From Bosea thiooxidans (GTDB taxonomy: Bacteria > Pseudomonadota > Alphaproteobacteria > Rhizobiales > Beijerinckiaceae): 64,000 nucleotides of DNA. The notes beneath the pieces are model-generated. The model made no database searches, was not told the origin of the DNA, and saw only the letters and a program-made list of their open reading frames with translations. The translations under genes were made by a program, and so were the position numbers. Of the stretch, positions 1 to 9,932 are shown piece after piece. How positions within the stretch are numbered: position 1 is the stretch's first letter; each line of letters starts with the position of its first letter. Location of the stretch: NCBI GenBank assembly GCA_943372485.1, contig CALRYW010000007.1, positions 4,936 through 68,935 of the forward strand, written 5' to 3'.

Positions 1-555
1 GACCGCTCCCGCCAGAGCCAAGTCGAGCCGCTCCGCCAGTCGCGAGAGATGCCGCAGGAAACGCTCGTAGAAGGCATGGTCGGCGCCTTGCAGCAGCAGC
101 GGCGAATGCGAGAGCAGCGAGATCAGCCGCCGCGCCGCCACGGCGGGCCTGCGGGCGATCTCGCCCCGCTCGCGCTTGCGGCCAATGAAATCCTCGACGA
201 GGGCGCGGGCATTGGCCCGAGCGATGGCCGTGTCGGCGGCGTGCATATGGCGCAGCCAGCCGAACCCATGCAGCGCCTCGGCCCAGGCCTCGCTCGGGGG
301 GGCGCTGTCGAAGGGCGATTCGCCATGGGTGCGCAGCGTGCGCCCGGCGAAGGCGTAGTAGCCGGCATAGATGTCGCCGGCCGTGGTCGGATCGGCGGTG
401 CGCAGGTCATGCGGGGCGAAGAGCAGGCGGGTGGCGGCCGAGCGGCCGAACGGCCAAAGGCGGCGCGCGATGCCGACGAACTGCCCACGGATCCTCCTGG
501 CCGCTCGTCCGATCGCGGCCTGCGCCAAACCCCTGCGCTCAGACCAGCCGTTCAA
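1..555 (-). CDS. Heparinase II/III-family protein, N-terminal part (runs off the left edge)
   Basis: Not in the ORF track. Manual minus-strand translation from TTG at 555 is open to position 1 and reads ...LLFAPHDLRTADPTTAGDIYAGYYAFAG...WAEALHGFGWLRH..., typical of the alphaproteobacterial heparinase II/III-like protein found downstream of the RsmB-family gene. Start codon uncertain. Confidence 0.75.
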   Translation of the reverse strand, partial: MNGWSERRGLAQAAIGRAARRIRGQFVGIARRLWPFGRSAATRLLFAPHDLRTADPTTAGDIYAGYYAFAGRTLRTHGESPFDSAPPSEAWAEALHGFGWLRHMHAADTAIARANARALVEDFIGRKRERGEIARRPAVAARRLISLLSHSPLLLQGADHAFYERFLRHLSRLAERLDLALAGAV

Positions 556-618
556 TGCCCCGATATGCCCCGTACTCACGACACCCGGCGTCGACCGCCT
601 GTCCGATTCCTCATCATG

Positions 619-1989
619 TCATAGCCTGATCAGGCGGGTTGCGTAAAATCCGCTCCATCCGGAGAGCCGCGGCGTCTCGTTGCGCAGCTGGTGCGGCAGG
701 GTCCTGAGGTCGCCGTTGCGGTCGATGGCCTCGCCGAGACCGCCGATTTCTGCCGCTTCGATCGGCTTTCTGACGAAGTCGGGATGGGCCTTCAGGAAGG
801 CCTCGATCTGGGCTTCGCCCTCTTGCGGCTCGAGCGAGCAGGTGCAGTAGACCAGCCTCCCGCCAGGCTTCGTCAACCGGGCGGCGGCCTCGAGCAGCCG
901 CGCCTGGAGGGCGACGAGCTTGTTGCGATCGTCCGGAGATTTGGTCCAGGCGACGTCGGGGTGGCGGCGGATGGTGCCGGTGGCGCTGCAGGGGGCGTCG
1001 AGCAGCACGGCGTCGAACGGCTCGGCGTCCCAGAGGGTCGCATCCCTGGTGACGATCTCCGCCGACAGGCCGAGCCGCTCCAGATTGGCGCGCAGACGAC
1101 GCAGGCGCGGTCCCGAGCGGTCGACGGCCGTGACGGCGGCTCCCATCGCGGCGAGCTGCGCGGTCTTGCCGCCCGGGGCGGCGCAGAGATCGGCGATGCG
1201 CTCGCCGGGCTTGGGCGCGAGCAGGCGGACGGGAAGCGCCGCGGCAGCGTCCTGCACCCACCAGGCACCCTCGTCGAAGCCGGGCAGGCCGGTGATGCCG
1301 CCGCGCTCGCGCAGGCGGATCGAGCCCGTCGGCAGGAGGAGGCCGTCGAGCTTCTCCGTCCAGCCTTCGGGATCGGATTTCACGGAGATGTCGAGCGGCG
1401 GCTCGTCGCGGTGGCTCTCCGCGATGGCGGCGGCGGTCTTGTCGCCATAGCTTTCCATCCAGCTCTCGGCGAGCCATTCGGGCGTGTCGAGGAAGGGGTC
1501 GACGGCCTCGGCGAGGATGGCCTCGCGTTCGCGGGCGAGCCGCCGCAGCAACGCATTGCCGAGCGAGACATAGCGCGAGGAGCGTGCATCCTCGTGGAGC
1601 TGGCGGATGGCGAGGTCGACGGCGGCATGGTCGGGCACGTCGAGAAACAGGATCTGCGCGGCGGCCGCCACCATGATCGGCTCGAAGGGACCTGAATTGC
1701 GCGGGCTGCCGCGCTCGAGCCGGGCGTTGATCGCCTCCTGGATCGTCCCCAGGCGGCGAAAGGCGGTGATCGCGATGGCGCGCGCCAGCGCGCTGTCGGC
1801 GGCATCGAGCCGATAGGCCGGCGCGAGCCGCTCATGGGTGTCGTCGAGCGACAGCTTCGCCCGCAGCACCTCGTCGATGACGGCGGCGGCGAGCTTGCGC
1901 GCCGGCAGGCCCGGCGCCGGCCCGGCACCGCCATCGGCAGGCTCGCTGGTGTCGTCGTGGAGATCGTCCGCCTTCTCTCCCTTCGCCAC
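619..1989 (-). CDS. rsmB: RsmB/NOP2/Sun-family RNA m5C methyltransferase with N-terminal NusB-like domain
   Basis: DLCAAPGGKT SAM motif, DAPCSATGTIRRHPD and YCTCS catalytic-Cys motifs. Confidence 0.88.
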   Translation of the reverse strand: MAKGEKADDLHDDTSEPADGGAGPAPGLPARKLAAAVIDEVLRAKLSLDDTHERLAPAYRLDAADSALARAIAITAFRRLGTIQEAINARLERGSPRNSGPFEPIMVAAAAQILFLDVPDHAAVDLAIRQLHEDARSSRYVSLGNALLRRLAREREAILAEAVDPFLDTPEWLAESWMESYGDKTAAAIAESHRDEPPLDISVKSDPEGWTEKLDGLLLPTGSIRLRERGGITGLPGFDEGAWWVQDAAAALPVRLLAPKPGERIADLCAAPGGKTAQLAAMGAAVTAVDRSGPRLRRLRANLERLGLSAEIVTRDATLWDAEPFDAVLLDAPCSATGTIRRHPDVAWTKSPDDRNKLVALQARLLEAAARLTKPGGRLVYCTCSLEPQEGEAQIEAFLKAHPDFVRKPIEAAEIGGLGEAIDRNGDLRTLPHQLRNETPRLSGWSGFYATRLIRL

Positions 1990-1993
1990 CGGA

Positions 1994-2920
1994 TCAGCCC
2001 CAGGGCCCGGGCTGGCGGCCGGCTCCGCCGCCCCAGGGGCTCTGGGCCGCCTGGCTCATGAAGCCGCCGGCGCTGCGGCCGATGCCCATGGCGCGGGCCT
2101 GCTCCATCAGCGCGGCAATGCGATTGCCGGTATCGGGGTGGGTCGAGAACAGGGAATCCATGCCGCCAGCCGTGAGGGGATTGATGATGAACATGTGCGC
2201 CGTAGCAGGCTTCGCTTCCGCCGTCTCGTTTGGCGTATGGGCGACGCCGCCGGCGATCTTCGCCAGCGCATCGGCGAGCCAGACCGGATTGCCGCAGATC
2301 TCGGCCCCGAGCTTGTCGGCCTCGTATTCGCGCGACCGCGAAATCGCCATCTGGATGATCATCGCGGCCATCGGCGCCAGGATCGAGAGCAGGATCTGCA
2401 CGATCAGGTTCGGCCGGTTCTCGCGCGAGCCGAACATCATGCCGAAGGTCACGAGCGAGGAGATCGCGCCGGCCATGGTGGCGGTGATCGTCATCGTCAG
2501 CGTGTCGTGGTTCTTGATATGGGCAAGCTCATGCGCCATCACGCCGGCCAGTTCCTCATAGCTCAGCGTCCGCAGGATGCCGGTCGTGGCCGCGACGGCG
2601 GCATTCTGCGGGTTGCGGCCGGTGGCGAAGGCGTTGGGCTGGTCTTCCTCGATGAGGTAGACGCGCGGCATCGGCATATTGGCCCGGGCCGCGAGGTCGC
2701 GGACCATGCCGTAGAGTTCCGGCGCGCTCCGTTCGTCGACCTCATGGGCGTTGTGGGCAGCGAGCGCCAGTCGGTCGGAGTTCCAGTAGCTGAACAGATT
2801 GGTGACGGCCGCGAAGCCCAGCGCCATCAACATGCCGCCGCCGCCGCCGAGCAGATAGCCGACCGCGCCGAAGAGGGCGGTGAGACCGGCCATCAGCATG
2901 CCGGTGCGGACATAGTTCAT
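1994..2920 (-). CDS. htpX: Zinc metalloprotease HtpX (M48)
   Basis: Start trimmed to MNYVRTG; [15 protein letters not shown] zinc motif, [14 protein letters not shown]. Confidence 0.95.
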   Translation of the reverse strand: MNYVRTGMLMAGLTALFGAVGYLLGGGGGMLMALGFAAVTNLFSYWNSDRLALAAHNAHEVDERSAPELYGMVRDLAARANMPMPRVYLIEEDQPNAFATGRNPQNAAVAATTGILRTLSYEELAGVMAHELAHIKNHDTLTMTITATMAGAISSLVTFGMMFGSRENRPNLIVQILLSILAPMAAMIIQMAISRSREYEADKLGAEICGNPVWLADALAKIAGGVAHTPNETAEAKPATAHMFIINPLTAGGMDSLFSTHPDTGNRIAALMEQARAMGIGRSAGGFMSQAAQSPWGGGAGRQPGPWG

Positions 2921-3074
2921 CGTCATCCCCATCAGGCGCCATCGCGGCTCGCGGCGACATGCCACTCCCCGGATGCCGTTCGCAGGCTTATGTGGTGAAG
3001 GTGCCGGTGGTCCTGCAAGAGAACCGCTTGCAAGAGAATCGGCTCCAAGCGAGTTCTGGCGAGAGAAGGCGGCG

Positions 3075-3305
3075 ATGAGCGAGGCGAACCATCCCAGGCC
3101 GATCGGTCCCGACAGCGGCGAGGATACGCCGCGGGTGCTGTCGCCGGCGGCGCAGCGCGCGCTGGCTGAGGCGCAGGCCAGACGGGCCGAGATCGATGCG
3201 CGCGCGGCAGATGTCGCCAGCCGCAAGGAAATCGACGGCCGCGGCGGGCTCGAGCCCGTGCGCTACAACGACTGGGAAGTGAAGGGCCTGACCAGCGACT
3301 TCTGA
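3075..3305 (+). CDS. DUF1674 / SDHAF4-like small protein
   Basis: C-terminal [26 protein letters not shown] motif; start trimmed to MSEANH; divergent from htpX. Confidence 0.85.
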   Translation: MSEANHPRPIGPDSGEDTPRVLSPAAQRALAEAQARRAEIDARAADVASRKEIDGRGGLEPVRYNDWEVKGLTSDF

Positions 3306-3337
3306 CGGCGCGCCGTCTGCCCTGTGAGACCCGTCTG

Positions 3338-4102
3338 CTAGCCGGGCAGAAAGGCGATGCGGCCGTCGCCGTCCCGCACCGTCTCGATGGCGACACCGTA
3401 AAGCTGCTCCAGCCGCCCGGGCGTGAGCAGTTCGGCTGTTCCCCCACTGGCAATGGCCTGCCCGTCGCGGATCATCATGACGCGGTCGGCATGGCGCAGT
3501 GCCTGGTTGGGATCATGCGTCGTGAACAGCACGCCGAGCCCTTCCGCCGCGAGCCGGCGGATCTCCTGCATCACCCGGCCCTGATTGCCGAAATCGAGGC
3601 TCGCGGTCGGCTCGTCCAGCACGACATAGGCCGGCTCCTGCGCCAAAGCGCGGGCGATCAGCACGAGCTGACGCTCTCCGCCGGAAATCTCCGTATAGGG
3701 CCGCTGCGCCAGCTGCGCGATGCCGAGGCGCTCCAGCATCGCGGCGGCGACCGCATGGTCGCGGGCCGAGGGCGCGGCAAACAGCCCGGCATGGGCGCTG
3801 CGGCCCATCAGCACCACGGCCTCGACGGTGAAGGCGAAGGTGCCGGCATGGGCCTGCGGCACATAGCCGAGCAACCGCGCCCGTTCCGGCGGCGAGAGCG
3901 CGGCGACGGGACGGTCGTCGAGCAGCAGCGTCCCGCCGCGCGCCGGGAGCAGCCCGAGCAGGGTCTTCAGCAGCGTGGTCTTGCCGCTGCCATTGGGACC
4001 GAGCAGGGCCAGCACCTCGCCCCGGGACAGCGAGAGTGCGATGTCGCGGCCGATGACGCGCTCGCGATAGCCGTAGACCAGGTTCGCAGCGGCGAGGCTC
4101 AC
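3338..4102 (-). CDS. Type II ABC importer ATPase (FecE/MolC-like)
   Basis: GPNGSGKT, ISGGERQ, LDEPT, FTTHDPNQ. Confidence 0.92.
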   Translation of the reverse strand: MSLAAANLVYGYRERVIGRDIALSLSRGEVLALLGPNGSGKTTLLKTLLGLLPARGGTLLLDDRPVAALSPPERARLLGYVPQAHAGTFAFTVEAVVLMGRSAHAGLFAAPSARDHAVAAAMLERLGIAQLAQRPYTEISGGERQLVLIARALAQEPAYVVLDEPTASLDFGNQGRVMQEIRRLAAEGLGVLFTTHDPNQALRHADRVMMIRDGQAIASGGTAELLTPGRLEQLYGVAIETVRDGDGRIAFLPG

Positions 4103-5112
4103 GACCAGCCTCCGCGTGCCGAGGCGAGCAGCCAGATGAAGAAGGGCGTGCCGATGACGGCGGTGAGGATGCCGAGCGGGGTCTCGACCGCGCCTGCGGT
4201 GCGCGCCAGCGTGTCGATGACGAGCAGATAGCCGCCGCCGAGCGCGGCTGCCGTCGGCAGCAGACGGCTGAAGTCGGGTCCGACGAGGAAGCGGGCGAGA
4301 TGGGGCACGACGAGCCCGACCCAGCCGATGATGCCGGCGGCGGCGACGCTCGCGGCCGTGACCAGCGTCGCGGCGGCGACAATGGCCAGCCGCAGGGGCC
4401 CGGTGCGCAGGCCGAGCGCGCGGGCCTCCTCCTCCGGCAGCGACATCGCGTTCATGCGCCAGCGCAGCGCCATGAGCACAACCGATCCGGCGAGCACAGG
4501 GCCGAGCAGCGGCACGAGATCGCTGCGGTCCGTGCCGGCGAGGCTGCCGAGCAGCCAGAAGGTCATGGCCGGCAACTGGTTGTAGGGGTCGGCCCAGTAT
4601 TTCACCAGGCCGATGCCGGCGCCGAGCAGCGAGCCGATGACGACCCCGGTCAGGACGAGGACGAGGACGGGGTCGCCGCGCCGGATCGTCGAGCCGACCG
4701 CATAGACTGCGCCCACCGCCAGCAGGCCACCGGCGAAGGCGGCGAGCTGGATCGCAAAGAGTCCGAGCGAGAGATAGATGCCCAGCACTGCTCCCAGTGC
4801 CGCCCCGGAGGAGGCGCCGAGGATATCCGGCGAGACCAGCGGGTTGCGGAACAGGCCCTGGAAGGCCGTGCCCGCCACCGCCAGCGCGGCGCCGCAGAGC
4901 AGCGCCGCCAGCACGCGCGGGCCGCGAATGTTCCAGATCACGGTCTCGAGCTGCGGTGACAGGCCGGAGGGCTGGCCGCTCAGGCCCGACCAGAGGATGC
5001 GCGCGAGATCGCCGGGCGCGACCGGGAAGCGCCCGACCCCGAAGGCGAGCAGGATGGCGAGCGCCAGCAAAGCGAGCGCGATGGCGTTGCCGCGCAGGAG
5101 CGAAGGGCGCAT
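4099..5112 (-). CDS. Type II ABC importer permease (FecCD/BtuC/MolB-like)
   Basis: FRNPLVSPDILGASSG, LPAMTFWLLGSL, IGWVGLVVPHLAR motifs; hydrophobic. Confidence 0.92.
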   Translation of the reverse strand: MRPSLLRGNAIALALLALAILLAFGVGRFPVAPGDLARILWSGLSGQPSGLSPQLETVIWNIRGPRVLAALLCGAALAVAGTAFQGLFRNPLVSPDILGASSGAALGAVLGIYLSLGLFAIQLAAFAGGLLAVGAVYAVGSTIRRGDPVLVLVLTGVVIGSLLGAGIGLVKYWADPYNQLPAMTFWLLGSLAGTDRSDLVPLLGPVLAGSVVLMALRWRMNAMSLPEEEARALGLRTGPLRLAIVAAATLVTAASVAAAGIIGWVGLVVPHLARFLVGPDFSRLLPTAAALGGGYLLVIDTLARTAGAVETPLGILTAVIGTPFFIWLLASARGGWS

Positions 5113-5145
5113 CGGGTCAGAGCCGCCCTGACGCTGTCACGGCGT

Positions 5146-6177
5146 TCACCCCCGCCCCGCGAGGATGCGGTCGAGCTGCGGCTCGCTCGGTGCCACCTGA
5201 TAGAACAGCGTGTGGAAGTCGCGGGCGATGGCCCGGATGTCTTGGGGAAAGGCTTGCGGATAGAGCAGCTTCGCCAGCCACCAGAGCCCGACCATGCGGT
5301 TGACCGAGGGCGGGAAATCGACCCAGCCGAAGGGAATCTTGGGGGAAAGATGGACGCGGCCGGCTTTAACGGCCCTGACACCGGCCCAGGCGGGGTCGCG
5401 GCGCACGCTCTCGGAGAAGGCGAGGTCGATGGTCACGATCACCTCCGGGTCCCAGGCCAGGACCTGTTCGAGCGAGACCTGCGCCAGCCCGCTGCCCGGC
5501 TGGTCGGCGACGTTGCGGGCGCCGAGGAAGGAGAGCGTCTCGACATTGATCGAGCCGCCGAGCCCGGTCTCGAGACCGCGCGGCCCTCGGGCATAGTAGA
5601 CGGACGGACGCTTCTCGGGAGCGATGTCGGCGATGCGGCTGCGGATCGTGCCCATCGCGGTCTCGCACCAGGCCGCGAGCGTCTCGGCGCGCTCGTTGCG
5701 GCCGGTCAGCCGGCCGAGGATGCGGTAGCTCTCGGGGATCGCGCCGAAGCGGCCGTCGAGCAGCGCATAGGGGATGCCGGTCTGGCTCTGCACCCGCTCG
5801 GCCAGCTCGACATAGGTGCGCCCGGTCGAGCCGGCATCGACGATCAAATCCGGTTTGAGCTGGAGCACGGCTTCGAGATTGGCGCTGTTGCCGCGCCCGG
5901 TGATGCGGCCGATCTCGGGGCGGTCGCCGATGCCGGGCAGCAGGAATTCGCGTTCCTCGGGCCGGTTCGCGCGCGGCCAGCCCAGCAGCAGATCGGGCGC
6001 GAGCGTATAGAGCTGGATCGCGGCGGGCGGGCCGGCGGGAAAGACGCGTGTGACGGTGGCGGGAACGGCGACAGCGCGGCCGGCCCCGTCGCGTACCGAC
6101 GCGGCATGGCTGAGCCGTGGAGCCCCGACCGTCGCGGCAAGACCGGCGAGAAGGGCGCGGCGGTCAGGACGGGGCAT
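5146..6177 (-). CDS. Class III (FecB/BtuF/MolA-like) periplasmic binding protein
   Basis: Start trimmed to MPRPDRRALLAGLAA (Tat-like RR signal); NLEAVLQLKPDLIV and VSLEQVLAWDPEVI helical-backbone motifs. Confidence 0.85.
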   Translation of the reverse strand: MPRPDRRALLAGLAATVGAPRLSHAASVRDGAGRAVAVPATVTRVFPAGPPAAIQLYTLAPDLLLGWPRANRPEEREFLLPGIGDRPEIGRITGRGNSANLEAVLQLKPDLIVDAGSTGRTYVELAERVQSQTGIPYALLDGRFGAIPESYRILGRLTGRNERAETLAAWCETAMGTIRSRIADIAPEKRPSVYYARGPRGLETGLGGSINVETLSFLGARNVADQPGSGLAQVSLEQVLAWDPEVIVTIDLAFSESVRRDPAWAGVRAVKAGRVHLSPKIPFGWVDFPPSVNRMVGLWWLAKLLYPQAFPQDIRAIARDFHTLFYQVAPSEPQLDRILAGRG

Positions 6178-6643
6178 GGCCGGGCTCCGTTGGCAGGCTG
6201 TGCCGGCAGCGATGCGGCTTGATGTCGAGCAGCGGCGTTCCGTCGAGGCAGTCGAGCCCGCGCACCATGAGCGCGCCGTCCTCGACGCCGAGCAGGCGCA
6301 CGCGCGACAGCGCGATCGGGTTGGGCCGGACCGGCGAACGCAGCGCGAAGGTCCCGAGCGGCTCGCCGCCGCGCGGCGTCTGGGTGACGAGGTCGCGCCG
6401 GGCCTGATGCATCCAGTAGAGCAGGTCGAGCCAGGCGAAGTCTTCGATCCCGGCGAGCGCGGCCTGCCAGGGTTCGTCGATCTCGACCCGGCAGACCGGG
6501 CCGGCCTCGGCGTCGCCCTGGCGCGGGCACTGGTCGCGGCTGGTGAAGGGCGTGCGCAGGCGGCCGATGAAGACGAGATGCGCGTCCCGCCGTTCGGGCA
6601 GGGGCGCGCTGGTTTCGCCCGGTCGTGTCGCCTGCCAGTCCAT
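6164..6643 (-). CDS. TsaA/TrmO(YaeB)-like SAM-binding beta-barrel protein, single domain
   Basis: IGRLRTPF, LYWMH, GTFALRSPVRPNPIALS, GLDCLDGTPLLDIKP; ~159 aa from MDWQAT. Confidence 0.85.
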   Translation of the reverse strand: MDWQATRPGETSAPLPERRDAHLVFIGRLRTPFTSRDQCPRQGDAEAGPVCRVEIDEPWQAALAGIEDFAWLDLLYWMHQARRDLVTQTPRGGEPLGTFALRSPVRPNPIALSRVRLLGVEDGALMVRGLDCLDGTPLLDIKPHRCRHSLPTEPGHAPS

Positions 6644-6656
6644 CGCCGCTCTCCGG

Positions 6657-7478
6657 TCAGCCGCCTTCGCGCGGGAGCGTCGGCGCGGCGAAACCGTGCC
6701 GGGCCAGGATCGCCTGGCCGTCCTGCGCGAGGATGAACATGGCGAGGCGGCCCGCATTTGGCGAGGCCCCGCTCATCACGGTCAGCCCGTATTCGGCGCC
6801 CACCGCCAGCTCCGGCGGCAGTCTGACGAGGCGGATCCCCGGCTGTTCCTTCGCGATCGGCGCCGCATTGGTGCAATAAGCGAGGAAGATGTCGGCCGCG
6901 CCGCTGGCGAGCTTGTGACCGTAGACGTTGAGGCCGTCCGGCGCCGGCGCGCTGCCGGGCCCGCCGGTGAGCTGCAGCGCCTTGGCCTCTAGCGCCGCCC
7001 GGGCGCCGGGTTTCACCGCCTCGGCTCGCGCGAAGACCTGGAAGGCATAGTCGCCGGACGGGTCGGCGCGCGGGGTCGAGGTGCCGAGCTTGAGGTTCGC
7101 ATCGAGCATGCGCTCCAGCAGCGTCTCCGGCGTCACGGCGAGGCCGGGACGGACAAAGGCGCAGAGTTCGTTGCGGGCGAAGAGCACGACCGGGCCGCTG
7201 CGCCCCTCCTTCGCCAGAGCGCGGGGATTGCCGAGATCGGCGGAGGCGAAAACCTCCGCCGCCTCGCCCTTGGCGATGCGCTCGCGCAGCAGGCCCGAGG
7301 CGCCGAAGGCCGGCTTCACGGGCAGCCCGCTCTGCGCGGTGAAGGCTTGCGTCACCTCGGTGAGCGCGGCCCGCAGGCTGCCGGCCGCATGTAGGAGAAG
7401 GGGTTCCTGCGCCCGGACGGCGGAACTCATGGCGAGGCCACCCATCAAGAGGAAGCCAGCGAGAAAACCGTGGCGCAT
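6657..7478 (-). CDS. ModA-like molybdate/tungstate-binding periplasmic protein
   Basis: LHAAGSLRAAL, FGASGLLRERIAKG, VFASAD, TSTPRADPSGDYA. Start is 7478 or 7430. Confidence 0.85.
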   Translation of the reverse strand: MRHGFLAGFLLMGGLAMSSAVRAQEPLLLHAAGSLRAALTEVTQAFTAQSGLPVKPAFGASGLLRERIAKGEAAEVFASADLGNPRALAKEGRSGPVVLFARNELCAFVRPGLAVTPETLLERMLDANLKLGTSTPRADPSGDYAFQVFARAEAVKPGARAALEAKALQLTGGPGSAPAPDGLNVYGHKLASGAADIFLAYCTNAAPIAKEQPGIRLVRLPPELAVGAEYGLTVMSGASPNAGRLAMFILAQDGQAILARHGFAAPTLPREGG

Positions 7479-7482
7479 GGGA

Positions 7483-8361
7483 TCACGCGCCCGCCTGGGT
7501 CGCATTGGGGAAGAAGAGTTGCTGCCCCTCGATCTTGTAGTCGGCGATCGCCTTCTGACCCTCGGGGCCGACCAGCCAATTCACGAAAGCCTGTCCGTCA
7601 TTGATCTTGACGTGCGGGTGCTTGGCCGGGTTCACCGCGATGACGCCGTACTGGTTGAACAGGCGACGGTCGCCCTCGACCGCGATGGTGAGGTCGCCGC
7701 GGTTCTTGAAGGAGATCCAGGTGCCGCGATCGGCCAGCACATAGGCGCCCATGCCGCCGGCGGTGTTGAGCGCGGCGCCCATGCCCTGGCCGATCTCGCG
7801 GTACCAGGCGCCCTTCTTGGCAGCGAGATCGACGCCCGCGACCTTCCAAAGCGCGAGTTCGGCCGAATGCGTGCCCGATTTGTCGCCACGCGAGACGAAG
7901 GGCGCGCCCTTCTCGGCGATTGTCACCAGCGCGGCGGCGATGTCCTTGGTGCCGGCGATGCCGGCCGGGTCGGCCTTCGGGCCGATCAGGACGAAGTCGT
8001 TGTACATCACCGGCTTGCGCTCGAGCCCGAAGCCGTCTGCGACGAACTTCTCCTCCTGCGCCTTGGCATGGACGAAGACGACGTCGGCATCGCCGCGCCG
8101 GCCGGTATCGAGCGCCTGGCCCGTGCCTTGCGAGACGACGCGGACCTCGATGCCGGTCTTCGCTTTGAACAGCGGCAGGATATGGCCGAACAGGCCTGAA
8201 TCCTGGGTCGAGGTGGTCGAGGAGACCGTGATGAAGCGGGTACCCGTCGCGGCCGGGGCCGAGGCGGCCGGCGGCGTGGCGGTGGTGGTCTGGGCCAGCG
8301 CGAGGCCGGTCAGGACGGCGGTGAAGCCGGTGGCGAGGAGAAGGCGGCGGGTCGTGGTCAT
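7483..8361 (-). CDS. tupA: Tungstate ABC transporter substrate-binding protein
   Basis: STTSTQDSGL signature, SRGDKSGTH, MYNDFVLIGP; start trimmed to MTTTRR. Confidence 0.9.
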   Translation of the reverse strand: MTTTRRLLLATGFTAVLTGLALAQTTTATPPAASAPAATGTRFITVSSTTSTQDSGLFGHILPLFKAKTGIEVRVVSQGTGQALDTGRRGDADVVFVHAKAQEEKFVADGFGLERKPVMYNDFVLIGPKADPAGIAGTKDIAAALVTIAEKGAPFVSRGDKSGTHSAELALWKVAGVDLAAKKGAWYREIGQGMGAALNTAGGMGAYVLADRGTWISFKNRGDLTIAVEGDRRLFNQYGVIAVNPAKHPHVKINDGQAFVNWLVGPEGQKAIADYKIEGQQLFFPNATQAGA

Positions 8362-8399
8362 GGTCGTCTCCTTGGGGTTCTTGTGGGGCAGGACGGGGA

Positions 8400-9131
8400 T
8401 CACCAGAGCAGCTCTCCGGCGAGGAAGGCGCGCGCCTCGGGCGAGGGCGGGCCGGCGAAGAAGTCGGCGGCCGGCGCATCCGCGATCAGCCGGCCGCGAT
8501 GCAGGAACAGCACGCGCGAGGCCAGCCGCCGGGCCTGGCCGAGATCATGGGTCGACATCAGCACCGTGATACCCTCGGCCACGAGGCCGGCGAGCAGGTC
8601 CTCGATCTGGCGGGTGGCGGCGGGGTCGAGCTGCGAGGTCGGCTCGTCCAGGAAGAGCAGTTCCGGGCGCAGCGCCCAGGCGCGGGCGATGGCGAGGCGC
8701 TGCTGCTCGCCGCCCGAGAGCAGCCGTGCGGCCTGGCCGGCGCGTTCGCTGAGGCCGAAGCGTTCGAGTGCGGTCCGGCAGCGCTCGCGACGTTCGGGGC
8801 CGGCGACCCCCGCCGCCGCCAGCGCGTGCAGCACATTCGCCTCGACCGAGCGGCGCAGCATGATGGGTTTCTGGAAGACCATGGCGTGACGCCGGTTGCG
8901 CCCTTCCGCGCCCTGCGCCCAGGCGATCTTGCCTTCGCTCGGCGTCAGCAGGCCGTGGCAGAGGCGCAGAGTCAGCGATTTGCCCGCCCCGTTGGGACCG
9001 AGAATCACGGTCAGCCCGCCGGCCGGAAGCTGGAAGCTGATGCCGTCGACGAGGCGGCGACCGTCGCCATGGAAGGCGACGGCGCGGACGTCGAGCGGCA
9101 GGATCGACGCGAGGTCACGCATGGCGCTCAT
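8400..9131 (-). CDS. tupC: Tungstate ABC transporter ATPase
   Basis: GPNGAGKS, LSGGEQQR, LDEPT; lies between tupB and tupA. Confidence 0.85.
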   Translation of the reverse strand: MSAMRDLASILPLDVRAVAFHGDGRRLVDGISFQLPAGGLTVILGPNGAGKSLTLRLCHGLLTPSEGKIAWAQGAEGRNRRHAMVFQKPIMLRRSVEANVLHALAAAGVAGPERRERCRTALERFGLSERAGQAARLLSGGEQQRLAIARAWALRPELLFLDEPTSQLDPAATRQIEDLLAGLVAEGITVLMSTHDLGQARRLASRVLFLHRGRLIADAPAADFFAGPPSPEARAFLAGELLW

Positions 9132-9829
9132 CCGGCATAGCGCGCGCCGATGCGGCTGGCGCCGAAGGCGATGGCGTTGATGGCGAGCGTCAGGACGATC
9201 AGCACGAGGCCGAGCCCCAGCGCCAGCGGCAGGTCGCCCTTGGAGGTTTCGAGCGTGATCGCCGTGGTCATGGTGCGGGTGTAGCCGGCGATGTTGCCGC
9301 CGACGATCAGCACGGCGCCGACCTCGGCGCTCGCACGGCCGAAGCCGGCGAGCAGGGCGGTGGCCAGCGCGAAACGCCCGTCGAAGAGCAGGGTCGGGAT
9401 GGCGCGGACGCCTTCGAGCCCGACCGAGCGGAGATGGTCGCGATACTCGCCCCAGAGATCCTCGACGGTCTGGCGCGTCAGCGCGATGACGATCGGCAGG
9501 ACCAGGAGCACCTGCGCCAGGATCATCGCCGTCGGCGTGAAGAGCAGCCCGAGCGGCCCGAGTGGGCCCGAGCGCGAGAGCATCAGGAAGACGACGAGGC
9601 CGGCGACGACCGGTGGCAGGCCCATCAGCGCGTTGAGGCAGACGATCACGGCGGAGCGGCCGCGGAAGCGCGCCAGGGCCAGGGCCGCGCCCAGCGGCAG
9701 CCCGATCAGTGCCGCGATCAGAACCGCCGTCAGCGTGACTCGGAGCGACAGGCCGACGATCGCGAGGAACGCCGGATCGAGCCCGACGATCAGGGCGAAG
9801 GCGGCCGACAAGATCGCTGCGAAGTCCAA
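9128..9829 (-). CDS. tupB: Tungstate ABC transporter permease
   Basis: LMGLPPVVAGL, EVGAVLIVGGNIAGYTRTMTTAI; TTG start. Confidence 0.9.
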   Translation of the reverse strand: MDFAAILSAAFALIVGLDPAFLAIVGLSLRVTLTAVLIAALIGLPLGAALALARFRGRSAVIVCLNALMGLPPVVAGLVVFLMLSRSGPLGPLGLLFTPTAMILAQVLLVLPIVIALTRQTVEDLWGEYRDHLRSVGLEGVRAIPTLLFDGRFALATALLAGFGRASAEVGAVLIVGGNIAGYTRTMTTAITLETSKGDLPLALGLGLVLIVLTLAINAIAFGASRIGARYAG

Positions 9830-9859
9830 GCCGCCCGCTCCCTGGGTGTCGTTTCCTGC

Positions 9860-9907
9860 AAAGACTTGTCTTTCTTAGTATTCAATGCGACCAAATGCCA
9901 ACTTTGG
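9860..9907. promoter_or_regulatory. Candidate operator palindromes in the divergent tup/regulator promoter
   Basis: AAAGAC-TT-GTCTTT at 9860-9873 and CCAAA-N7-TTTGG at 9891-9907 in an AT-rich ~100 bp divergent intergenic region. Confidence 0.4.
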
Positions 9908-9932
9908 AACAAATGCAGGTCAGCGCATGACA

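Noticed and set aside
6164-6643. Assigning the gene symbol trmO/tsaA
   Set aside because: It lacks the C-terminal part of E. coli TrmO and the context is unrelated to tRNA modification; kept as family-level only.
5146-6876. 576-aa and 784-aa (21606-23960) ORF-track products read as multidomain fusions
   Set aside because: Their N-terminal extensions are alternate-frame read-through across upstream genes; real starts are at 6177 and 23393.
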